A stretch of DNA of 64,000 nt, taken from positions 66,043 to 130,042 of the forward strand of contig CBDCGV010000006.1 of assembly GCA_965216955.1 (NCBI GenBank), written 5' to 3'. This document shows, piece by piece, positions 27,722 through 36,478 of the stretch. Under the pieces are notes generated by a model. That model was given only the letters and a program-made list of their open reading frames with translations. It did no database searches and was not told the DNA's origin. The DNA is from Chitinophagales bacterium. Its GTDB lineage: Bacteria > Bacteroidota > Bacteroidia > Chitinophagales > JADIYW01. Every line of letters begins with the position of its first letter. Position 1 is the stretch's first letter. Both the position numbers and the translations under genes were made by a program.

Positions 27722-29224
27722 TTATAGTTCTTTATAAATCATTAATTTATCAGCAATATTTCTATTATCACTTAAACGTGGTATCTTATTTTGCCCTCCC
27801 AATTTCCCAATCGAATCCATATACATTCTAAAGCTATTGGCCTTCAAACGCGTAATCTTTAACGGCTGCAAAATAGCACCTTCAATTAGATCGTTATAAT
27901 ATATATTTTGACCACACATTAATTGATCTAATAATAGTCTAAAATTATATAAATCTTCTGGTTCTTTTTCAAATTCTATCAACCATTCATGATACGGCAA
28001 TTCATCAGTTACTTCTACCTGCGGTGCCACCGTAAATTCTTTAACAATAGCACCTGTTCTTCTACAAGCTTCTTGCAAGCCGCTCATTACCTCTTCGCCT
28101 ATCACATGCTCTCCAAATGCGGAGATAAAATGCTTTGTCCTACCGGTTACTTTAATTCTATAGGGATTTTTAGAGGTGAACTTTACAGTATCGCCAATTA
28201 GATAACCCCATAGCCCGGCATTGGTGTTTAATACAATAGCATAGTTTTTATCCAATTCCACAGATTCAAGTGCAATTCTTTTAGGATGTATATGGTCTAA
28301 TTCATTGACTGGAATAAACTCATAAAAAATGCCCCCATTCACATTCAACAATAGCCCTTCTGCATCATTTAGTGTACCCTGAAATGCTATAAATCCTTCG
28401 GATGCAGGATAGGTTTCTATCATATCTATTGACTTACCTATAATATCTTGAAACGCTTTTTTGTAAGGCCTAAAATTAACTCCTCCATGCACATACAAAT
28501 CTAAATTGGGGAAAACCTCCCCTATAGTTGATTTCCCGGTTCGCTTTAAAACGCTTTCAAAATACATCATTACCCAAGGTGGGATTCCACTAAAAAGGGT
28601 CATATCTTCCTTCAGTGTTTCTGTTACTATAGCTTCTACTTTCTCCTCCCAATCTTCAATACAATTTGTTTGATAAGTCGGTAACCTATTTTTAAGTAAA
28701 TATGCGGGAACATGATGATGAACGATGCCTGAAAGTCTGCCAGTTGGCACTCCTCCAACATTATTTAATTCCGGACTTCCCTGAATAAAGATCATCTTCC
28801 CATTCACAAAATCCGTTTTACCAGTATTTTTGATGTAATACAATAAAGCGAGTCGTGCCGCTTTTACCTGTTCATTTATGGAGGCTTTAGTGATGGGAAT
28901 ATATTTTGTTCCTGATGTCGTTCCAGATGTTTTCCCAAAATATGCAGGCATTCCAGGCCATAAAACATTGCTTTCTCCCTTTTTAATGCGATCTATATAG
29001 GGCCTTAAATCTTCATAATCTCCAATTGAAACATTTTGCTTAAAGGCCTCATAAGTATTGATCTCTTCAAACTGATGGTCTTTTCCAAAAGCCGTCTTTC
29101 TACCTTTTAAGATCAGTTTTTTAAAAATGGAATTTTGAACGGCTATCGGATCTTTAATAGCACGCTCATTCTTCTGAACTTCAAAAGCGGCAAATGGCTT
29201 AGCCAATAATGATTTTAAGCTCAT
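27722..29224 (-). CDS. GH3-family (acyl-acid amido synthetase-like) adenylating enzyme
   Basis: 500 aa. FGKTSGTTSGTKYIPIT P-loop-like motif, YEDLRPYIDR, and a conserved bacterial GH3 N-terminus. Confidence 0.85.
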   Translation of the reverse strand: MSLKSLLAKPFAAFEVQKNERAIKDPIAVQNSIFKKLILKGRKTAFGKDHQFEEINTYEAFKQNVSIGDYEDLRPYIDRIKKGESNVLWPGMPAYFGKTSGTTSGTKYIPITKASINEQVKAARLALLYYIKNTGKTDFVNGKMIFIQGSPELNNVGGVPTGRLSGIVHHHVPAYLLKNRLPTYQTNCIEDWEEKVEAIVTETLKEDMTLFSGIPPWVMMYFESVLKRTGKSTIGEVFPNLDLYVHGGVNFRPYKKAFQDIIGKSIDMIETYPASEGFIAFQGTLNDAEGLLLNVNGGIFYEFIPVNELDHIHPKRIALESVELDKNYAIVLNTNAGLWGYLIGDTVKFTSKNPYRIKVTGRTKHFISAFGEHVIGEEVMSGLQEACRRTGAIVKEFTVAPQVEVTDELPYHEWLIEFEKEPEDLYNFRLLLDQLMCGQNIYYNDLIEGAILQPLKITRLKANSFRMYMDSIGKLGGQNKIPRLSDNRNIADKLMIYKEL

Positions 29225-29276
29225 ATTAAGAGAAATAACTTTTAAAAATCATAGCTTCGCGATAAATATACTTTAT

Positions 29277-30503
29277 ATGAATGTACTATTGGTATTAATT
29301 ATCCTCTTTATTGTCATCAATTTTATCATTGAGAAGTGCCTAGACTTTCTTAATCTAAATCAATGGAAAAAACCATTGCCGGAAGAAATCAAAGATTTGT
29401 ACAAAGAAGATGAATTTGAGAAAGCGAAAGCCTACAACTATGAAAGAGATAGATTCGGGAATATTACTGATATTTTCAGTTTTACGATTACATTACTTAT
29501 GTTAATTTTTGGAGGGTTTGCTATTGTTCATAATTGGTCAATACAAATAACCTCCATTCCCTTAATGCAAAGCCTGGTATTTTTTGGAATATTATTCATT
29601 GCAAGTGATATCATTGGTATCCCTTTTTCATTATATAGCGTTTTCAAAATTGAAGAGCGATATGGTTTCAATAAAATGACGCCAAAATTGTTCTTTATTG
29701 ATAAAATCAAGTCTTATGTTTTAACCATACTTGTTGGTGGCAGTATACTATCAGCATTTATTTGGTTTTATCAAGTAGCAGGCAAACAGTTTTGGATTTA
29801 TGCATGGATACTTTTTACCGGTTTCACATTGTTTTTTACTGTTTTCTATACCAGTTTAATTGTGCCTTTATTTAACAAGCTTAAACCTTTAGAAGAAGGC
29901 TCCTTAAGACAGAAAATAGAAGCCTTTGCTCAAAAAGTAAGTTTTCCCTTAACAAATGTTTTTGTGATTGATGGTTCAAAAAGATCTACCAAAGCCAATG
30001 CTTATTTTAGTGGGATCGGCAAAAAGAAGAGCATTGTTTTATATGACACACTCATGAAAGATCATTCAGAAGAAGAATTAGTTGGCATATTAGCTCATGA
30101 AGTGGGGCATTACAAAAAGAACCATATTATACAGGGTTTTTTAATCTCTACCATTCAAATGGGCATTATGCTGTTTGTTTTATCTAAGACGATTGATAAT
30201 CCACTTTTATCGCAAGCATTAGGTGTAGAAAACCCTGCTTTTCACATTGGGTTATTGGCTTTTTCTCTTTTATATAGTCCAATATCCATGATTTTAGGCA
30301 CCATCATGAATCTATGGTCGAGGAGTAACGAATATGAAGCAGATAATTACGCTAAAAACAACTATGCTGCTGCTCCTCTGATCTCGGCGCTTAAAAAGCT
30401 ATCTACCAACCATTTAAGCAATCTAAACCCCCATCCAGCCTATGTTTTTATGAACTACTCACATCCACCATTATTAGCAAGAATTAAAAATTTACTGAAC
30501 TAA
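29277..30503 (+). CDS. M48-family zinc metalloprotease (Ste24/CAAX-protease-like)
   Basis: 408 aa, polytopic. HEVGHYKKNH (HExxH) and a downstream NEYEAD glutamate. Confidence 0.9.
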   Translation: MNVLLVLIILFIVINFIIEKCLDFLNLNQWKKPLPEEIKDLYKEDEFEKAKAYNYERDRFGNITDIFSFTITLLMLIFGGFAIVHNWSIQITSIPLMQSLVFFGILFIASDIIGIPFSLYSVFKIEERYGFNKMTPKLFFIDKIKSYVLTILVGGSILSAFIWFYQVAGKQFWIYAWILFTGFTLFFTVFYTSLIVPLFNKLKPLEEGSLRQKIEAFAQKVSFPLTNVFVIDGSKRSTKANAYFSGIGKKKSIVLYDTLMKDHSEEELVGILAHEVGHYKKNHIIQGFLISTIQMGIMLFVLSKTIDNPLLSQALGVENPAFHIGLLAFSLLYSPISMILGTIMNLWSRSNEYEADNYAKNNYAAAPLISALKKLSTNHLSNLNPHPAYVFMNYSHPPLLARIKNLLN

Positions 30504-30560
30504 ACAAATACTTAACAATTGTTGAAAGTAAGAATGTCCAAAGTATTCAACCAAATTCGC

Positions 30561-30568
30561 TATCTTTG
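30561..30568 (+). promoter_or_regulatory. -7 type promoter box TATCTTTG upstream of rplU-rpmA
   Basis: TAnnTTTG match 27 nt upstream of the ATG at 30596. It is the same octamer as at rpsU. Confidence 0.45.
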
Positions 30569-30595
30569 CACCTCGAAATTAAATAAGACAATATC

Positions 30596-30904
30596 ATGTT
30601 TGCAATAGTAGAAATAGGTGGTCAACAATTCAAAGTAGAAAAGGACAATGAAATCTTTGTAAATAGATTAGATGCTGCAGAAGGAGATTCTGTAGACTTT
30701 GATAATGTATTACTAGTAGATAAAGAAGGTGCTGTACAAGTTGGAACTCCTAATGTCTCTGGAACAATAGTAAAAGCAAAAGTATTAGAGCACCTCAAAG
30801 GAGATAAAGTAACAGTATTTAAAAAGAAAAGAAGAAAGGGTTATAAAGTTACCAATGGTCATAGAGACTATTTAACGAAGATCAAAATCGAAGCAATCGG
30901 GTAA
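30596..30904 (+). CDS. rplU: 50S ribosomal protein L21
   Basis: 102 aa. MFAIVEIGGQQFKV..KGDKVTVFKKKRRKGY. Confidence 0.96.
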   Translation: MFAIVEIGGQQFKVEKDNEIFVNRLDAAEGDSVDFDNVLLVDKEGAVQVGTPNVSGTIVKAKVLEHLKGDKVTVFKKKRRKGYKVTNGHRDYLTKIKIEAIG

Positions 30905-30949
30905 AATCAATAAGGATAGCATTTTTATTCTTATAAAAATTTAAAAGAC

Positions 30950-31591
30950 ATGGCACATAAAAAAGGAGTTGGATCCAGTAAAAACGGTAGAGAATCAGAA
31001 AGTAAACGCTTAGGTGTTAAAATTTATGGTGGTCAATATGCTAAAGCTGGAAACATCATCATAAGACAAAGAGGAACCAAGTTCCATCCTGGTGATGGTG
31101 TTGGATTAGGAAAAGATCATACCATCTTTGCAGTTACCGATGGTACCGTTTTTTTTAGAAGAAAGAAAAACAACAGAACCTATGTTTCTGTTTTACCAGA
31201 AGGGCTAGCACTGAAAGAAGTAGCTGAGACAGTTGCTCCTGTTAAGAAAAAGGCTGCTCCAAAGAAAGAAGAAGCAACGAATAAAGAAGAAGCTATTACT
31301 GAAGTAAAAAAAGCCGCTCCTAAAGCTAAAACAGAAGGAGATGATTTTACAAAAATAGAAGGTATCGGTCCTAAAATTTCAGGTTTATTGAAAGATGCAT
31401 CTATTGCAACCTTTAAAGATCTTGCAGATAGCGATATTGAAAAAATCAAAGCTATCTTAGAAGATGCGGGGGGCAGATATAAAGCACATGATCCTACTAC
31501 TTGGCCTCAGCAAGCTCAAATGGCTGCTGATGGCCAATGGGATGAGTTAAAAAAATGGCAGGATGAATTAGACGGCGGAAAAGAAAAATAG
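30950..31591 (+). CDS. rpmA: 50S ribosomal protein L27 with a C-terminal extension of about 128 aa (K/A/P/E linker + HhH-like domain)
   Basis: Residues 1-85 are canonical L27 ([36 protein letters not shown]). The same ORF continues through [19 protein letters not shown] and [40 protein letters not shown]. Confidence 0.9.
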   Translation: MAHKKGVGSSKNGRESESKRLGVKIYGGQYAKAGNIIIRQRGTKFHPGDGVGLGKDHTIFAVTDGTVFFRRKKNNRTYVSVLPEGLALKEVAETVAPVKKKAAPKKEEATNKEEAITEVKKAAPKAKTEGDDFTKIEGIGPKISGLLKDASIATFKDLADSDIEKIKAILEDAGGRYKAHDPTTWPQQAQMAADGQWDELKKWQDELDGGKEK

Positions 31592-31613
31592 TTTTCTACT
31601 CCTTAAAAAAACA

Positions 31614-31650
31614 AAAGCGTTCAATGAATAATTGAGCGCTTTTTTTATTT
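31614..31650 (+). terminator. rho-independent terminator after rpmA
   Basis: AAAGCGTTCAA-tgaataa-TTGAGCGCTTT (one G:T pair) followed by TTTTTTATTT. Confidence 0.7.
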
Positions 31651-31664
31651 AGAGATTCTCACAA

Positions 31665-31699
31665 CCAAAAAGGGGGAGATTTCAAAAGAAATATCCCCC
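31665..31699 (-). terminator. rho-independent terminator of the convergent acidic-lipoprotein operon
   Basis: On the minus strand: GGGGGATATTTC-tttt-GAAATCTCCCCC (one mismatch) followed by TTTTTGG. Confidence 0.65.
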
Positions 31700-31735
31700 T
31701 CCAAGCAAAATCAAAAAAAACTATGTGTTTACTTA

Positions 31736-32644
31736 TTATTGTTCATCCATATCATCTTCGTCTTCATAATCATCTTCATAATCATCCCAATCTTCAAACT
31801 CATCACAATCATCTGCTATAGCTTCAAACTCACTGCTATTATTAATCGTTTGTTGCTCTCCATTATCTAAAACAATTTGTATCGGATAAACGAAGTCAGG
31901 TTCGTTTTCAAAGTCAACATCTAAACTGTCATCTTCTATCTCCAATGAATCTAGATCATCATAGTTATTTTCGTACCAATCAAAAACTGCCTGATCTAAG
32001 GTTTCATAGTCATCAAAACTTTGTACTTCTCCCCCAGGGAAATTAACACTTACTGGAAATACTAAATCAAAGCACTCTTCTTCCTCATATTCATCACCAT
32101 TATCATCATACCACTCATCTAACAAATCCCACAATTCATCTTCATCATTTACTGTTAATGTTGTTCCATCTGGAAGCTCTATATTCATAGGAAACTGCCA
32201 TTCTTCATCGTCACAATCAAAATCCTCCCATAGATAATCCTCTAATTCCTCATCAGTACAAGCCCTATAATTAGTCACTCCTTCACACTCTGCAATACAT
32301 GCACTTTCGTAAATCTCTCCAGATTCAGTACAAACCGGATCAAATAAATAAGATAACTCTTGATCTGATAATGATGCTAAAGCAGCATCTATTTTTGCAT
32401 CTATTTCGTTTTCTGTTAAGTTCTCCCAATCAATGTTATCAAAAAAAGCATAGCAACCACAATCATTAATGACGGTTGAATCGCCATCTGCAAATTTAGC
32501 CGCTGCTCCAATTGCTCTTAGATTAACATCTGCCGGCCCGCTATTATTTCTTGAAACGTCTTCTGTTTGATTGCAACTCATAAACATAAGTGTGGCAAAT
32601 AGCAGTGGCATAATCTTGATTAATAATTTTCTTGTTTTAGTCAT
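31736..32644 (-). CDS. hyper-acidic lipoprotein with a Kazal-like Cys motif and three internal repeats
   Basis: 302 aa. Lipobox LMFMSCNQ. DPVCTESGEIYESACIAECEGVTNYRAC resembles the Kazal core (PVCxxxGxxYxxxCxxxC). About 92 of 302 residues are Asp/Glu by my count. Repeats follow the pattern F(P/V)..(V/I)..(P/D)(D/G)G....(V/F)(N/D)...E(L/F). Confidence 0.6.
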   Translation of the reverse strand: MTKTRKLLIKIMPLLFATLMFMSCNQTEDVSRNNSGPADVNLRAIGAAAKFADGDSTVINDCGCYAFFDNIDWENLTENEIDAKIDAALASLSDQELSYLFDPVCTESGEIYESACIAECEGVTNYRACTDEELEDYLWEDFDCDDEEWQFPMNIELPDGTTLTVNDEDELWDLLDEWYDDNGDEYEEEECFDLVFPVSVNFPGGEVQSFDDYETLDQAVFDWYENNYDDLDSLEIEDDSLDVDFENEPDFVYPIQIVLDNGEQQTINNSSEFEAIADDCDEFEDWDDYEDDYEDEDDMDEQ

Positions 32645-32754
32645 AATAAATGTGTTTTAGATTAAGAATACATTACCATGACAAATCAAAAATCATTATC
32701 CCCTATCTAGTTTTTAAGTTCTAAAAACCAAGTGTCCTTTAAAAAAATAATTAG

Positions 32755-35442
32755 CTATTTACCAAAGAAAAATCGGTAGCTTATAGATGGCAGGATACCA
32801 ATTAAGGAAACATCTCGCTGAGTATCATTATTAGAGCCAATAACATTGTCTTCAATGTAAGCATAAACCACATTGCGTCTATTGTATAAATTATTTACTC
32901 CCAAATTAATTACATGTTTGCCTGCATCTCCCTGCTCCCACTCCATTTTAATACCAATATCTAATTGATGAAAGGGTTTTATTCGATAAGCATTAATACC
33001 TGAAACCAACTCACCACTACCTTCTATCAAATTTGCCGGCAAGAGGGTAAACCGTTGCTTAGCAAGTGTTATCGGAAATCCAGACCCTAAATACCAATTA
33101 GCAGTAACGCTTATATTTTTTGAGATTTCTTGGAAAAAGCCAAGCTTTAAATCGTGCCTTCTATCATATCTGTATGGGAAATACTTACCACCGTTCAACT
33201 CATCGTATTGTCGAAAGGCCCATGATAATGTATAAGCTCCAGTAATTCCTCCGCTATTCCATTTTTTATAAATATTTGTTTCTATACCATAAGACTTACC
33301 GTTACCAATAATTATATCATCTTCCCAAAAGGAAGCATCAATCTGTGCATTAAGAGAAAGGTCCGCTCCTAAAGCATATCTAATCAAATTATACATTCTT
33401 TTGTAATAACCTTCAATAGAAAAACTTACTTTTTTGCTGTTTTGATAAGTTATTTTTCCAGAAGTCTGCCAAGCATGTTGTGGTTTTACATTATCTGTAG
33501 AAGGCACCCAAAGATCGTGCGGCAAGCCTCCTCCCGTACTCGATACAACATGACTATACTGAGTATGTTTCATAAATGAAAAGTGAACACTCCAATTTCT
33601 ATTTAAATAAGTTGTAAGCGCTAACCTAGGTTCACCGCTAACATAGACTTTTCCCTGAGTAAAAAGAGAAGACAATCTAACTCCAGCTGTCAAATGAATA
33701 TGCTTCCACTGTATAGCATCTTGAAAATAAACACTTAGTTCTGAGCTATACAAATATTCTCCATCAAATAAGTTGTTAAGTTCATTATTCACAGAATCCA
33801 GAATTGCTGTATTGATATCTTCAGTATAACTATAAGCTCCAGGCGCATATCTTCTATTTATATTTTGAAACCCAAATTCAATAAAGTGTTTATTATTTAA
33901 TACAAAATCTCCATCCCATTTGATATTAAAATCACGAATTGAAGAATTATAATTCGATAAAATATCCTCTTCATCAAAAGAAACATCCTCACCATCGTCT
34001 TCTTCAAAAGAATATTCATTGTATAAAAAGCTATTGTAATTAAAGAAGCTATAACTAAATATCAGATTACCAAAAAAATTGTTTTTTAACATATGATTCC
34101 ATCGAACTGAAAAAAGCATGTTGCCCCAATCATATTCACTCTGTGATTCTTCTTCATATACATATGCAGTATCTTCCTCTTCTTCAGCTTCATTTTCTTC
34201 TTCATAAGATGTTTCGTCTGTTAACAAATCGCCTCCTTTGTAAAAATTAAAATATAGCTTATGGTATTTAGGTAATAGAGTATGTATTTTAAAATTCACA
34301 TCATAGAAAGAATATTCATTTTGTCCTTCTTCTCCATTATTCGCCTTTTTGTTCGATGTTGTTTTTTTAACAAATGGATCTACAATTGATTTCCTCGCTG
34401 AGATAGAGACGCCCATTTTCTCTTTAATTATCGGCACCTCTATATGTGCCTTGGCACTTGCAGAGCTTATCCCTACATTCCCTTTTACTTTTCTTAGGCT
34501 CCCTTCATTTGCATATAAGTCAAAAACCGATGACAAGTAACCTCCATACTTCGCCGGAACTCCAGACTTATAAAACTTTACATCTTTAGTCGCGTCGGTA
34601 TTAAAAATACTTAACAAACCAAATGCATGAGAGGGATTATAAATAGAAGCTCCATCAACCAATATTTGATTCTGATCTGCACTACCACCTCTAACATGCC
34701 ACCCTCCTAAAGCATCAGCATATGCCTGCACTCCGTTTGAAGAACGCAACAGCTGTACATAATCTTCTTCTCCTCCTAAGGCTATTACTCGCTTTAAATG
34801 ATGGCTTTTATATTGTTGTTTGGCTGCCTTGTTTATAGGAAAATCTCGTTCAATCTCATTTTGAGACTTCTCTGATGTTATTAATACTTCTTCTAATCTT
34901 GTTCCTCGCTGCAGCTTATATCGACTTACATCGATGTTCTTATTAATATTAAAAGGTTTTGACTCATATCCAATATAACTAACATTGAACGTTGAATTTT
35001 CAGTGGGCAATTCTAAACTAAAAAAACCATATTCATTGGTAACCGCAAGCAATTCACCATTACTAGATTTTATATGCGCCCCAATTAAGGGCTCTAAAGA
35101 TGCTGCATCTTCTACAAAACCAGAAATAACAGTAGTTGTAGCCTTCGATTTAAATATTACAACACGATTGTTTCGATATTTAAAAGTATTACCACTTTGA
35201 TCCAAAAGCTTTTTAAGGATTTCATCAATGCTTTTATCACTGAAATTATAATCCTGTCGATTATTATCAAAAGCGTTAGAACTAAAGGAAATTGAAATGC
35301 CTGATATCTTTTCCAGTTCTGCCAACGACTCAGCAACCGTTGCCTGTTTTAAACTAAAAGAATATACCTCCTTTCCGATTTGAGAGATAGCTAACTGAAA
35401 GCAAAAAATAAAGTATAAACTTAAAAAAGTAGTTTTATTCAA
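32755..35442 (-). CDS. TonB-dependent receptor with N-terminal STN signalling domain (FecA-type transducer)
   Basis: 895 aa. Signal peptide. STN-like SFSLKQATVAESLAELEKISGISISF. CarboxypepD_reg-like domain, plug, and a barrel ending ..SISYRFFFGK. Two acidic insertions: EEENEAEEEEDTAYVYEEESQSEYD and FEEDDGEDVSFDEEDI. Confidence 0.88.
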   Translation of the reverse strand: MNKTTFLSLYFIFCFQLAISQIGKEVYSFSLKQATVAESLAELEKISGISISFSSNAFDNNRQDYNFSDKSIDEILKKLLDQSGNTFKYRNNRVVIFKSKATTTVISGFVEDAASLEPLIGAHIKSSNGELLAVTNEYGFFSLELPTENSTFNVSYIGYESKPFNINKNIDVSRYKLQRGTRLEEVLITSEKSQNEIERDFPINKAAKQQYKSHHLKRVIALGGEEDYVQLLRSSNGVQAYADALGGWHVRGGSADQNQILVDGASIYNPSHAFGLLSIFNTDATKDVKFYKSGVPAKYGGYLSSVFDLYANEGSLRKVKGNVGISSASAKAHIEVPIIKEKMGVSISARKSIVDPFVKKTTSNKKANNGEEGQNEYSFYDVNFKIHTLLPKYHKLYFNFYKGGDLLTDETSYEEENEAEEEEDTAYVYEEESQSEYDWGNMLFSVRWNHMLKNNFFGNLIFSYSFFNYNSFLYNEYSFEEDDGEDVSFDEEDILSNYNSSIRDFNIKWDGDFVLNNKHFIEFGFQNINRRYAPGAYSYTEDINTAILDSVNNELNNLFDGEYLYSSELSVYFQDAIQWKHIHLTAGVRLSSLFTQGKVYVSGEPRLALTTYLNRNWSVHFSFMKHTQYSHVVSSTGGGLPHDLWVPSTDNVKPQHAWQTSGKITYQNSKKVSFSIEGYYKRMYNLIRYALGADLSLNAQIDASFWEDDIIIGNGKSYGIETNIYKKWNSGGITGAYTLSWAFRQYDELNGGKYFPYRYDRRHDLKLGFFQEISKNISVTANWYLGSGFPITLAKQRFTLLPANLIEGSGELVSGINAYRIKPFHQLDIGIKMEWEQGDAGKHVINLGVNNLYNRRNVVYAYIEDNVIGSNNDTQRDVSLIGILPSISYRFFFGK

Positions 35443-35455
35443 TCTAAACGAAGTT

Positions 35456-36445
35456 TTAATAGCAATTGCCTCCTGTTATTTGCAATGTATCATTAGCATC
35501 AGAAATTTCGCAGCCAAAAATATCTTGTAAATCTTCTAGTACATCTTCTAAGTTAGCATTTTCATACTTTCCAGAAAAACGGCATTCTGTTAATGTTTTT
35601 CCTTCTATGACTACTTTTCGCTTAAAAACGCCACTTATAGTTTTCAGTACTTCAGGAACGTATTCGTCATTAAACACCAACGTTTTAGTTTTCCAAAACA
35701 GTTCGTTTAGATCTGTTAGCTCTTGTTTAGTAAATTGCTGATTACCAGCATTAAAAGATGCCATTTCGTCGCCACCTAAGAGTACTTTCTTTTGGGTTTT
35801 ATATCCCATAACGCTTACCTTTCCCTCCTCTACCAAAACATTAGTAATCTCCTCTTTTTTATTAACATTGAATTTTGTTCCTAAAACTACAATCTGAACA
35901 TCCTCAGCGTTAACAGTGAACGGCGCACCATTTTGCTTAGCAACATCAAAAAATGCTTCTCCTGATAAAACAATGGTTCTATCTTTTATAAACCTCTTGC
36001 GGTATTTAATAGAAGTATTTTCATTTAACCATACGTATGACCCATCAGGCAACTCTACTTTTTTACTTGTATTCACTAATGTTGAAACTGTTTTAAAGCC
36101 TGTATTTTGATAGATAGAAAGCGTTCCCCAACCAATTCCCACCAGTAGCAATATCGATGCTGCAATTCTAAGCCATGAGTTAGATTTTCGAATTCGCTTT
36201 TCAGTGTTGATATTAGTTTGAGCTAAATTGTTTGTCTTAACAAAAGTATCCCAAGCATCATTTACTTCCTTCTCTGATAATTGAATATTCAAACGTTTAC
36301 GGGGTTTCCACACCTTAACCAGCTCTTGATAGTATTCAAAGTTCTCTTCCGAGTCAGAAAGCCAGATGTTTAACGCATCTAGTTCTTCCTCTGAAATATT
36401 GCCATTCAGCTTTTTATAAATTAATAATGTAGATGTTTCGTTCAT
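35456..36445 (-). CDS. FecR-family anti-sigma factor / sensor
   Basis: 329 aa. Cytoplasmic N-domain, a single TM helix (WLRIAASILLLVGIGWG), a periplasmic FecR domain (LPDGSYVWLNENTSIKY..LSGEAFFDV) and a C-terminal STN-contact domain. Confidence 0.9.
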   Translation of the reverse strand: MNETSTLLIYKKLNGNISEEELDALNIWLSDSEENFEYYQELVKVWKPRKRLNIQLSEKEVNDAWDTFVKTNNLAQTNINTEKRIRKSNSWLRIAASILLLVGIGWGTLSIYQNTGFKTVSTLVNTSKKVELPDGSYVWLNENTSIKYRKRFIKDRTIVLSGEAFFDVAKQNGAPFTVNAEDVQIVVLGTKFNVNKKEEITNVLVEEGKVSVMGYKTQKKVLLGGDEMASFNAGNQQFTKQELTDLNELFWKTKTLVFNDEYVPEVLKTISGVFKRKVVIEGKTLTECRFSGKYENANLEDVLEDLQDIFGCEISDANDTLQITGGNCY

Positions 36446-36478
36446 ATATCGTTTACAATAATGACAATAAAAAAAGCA

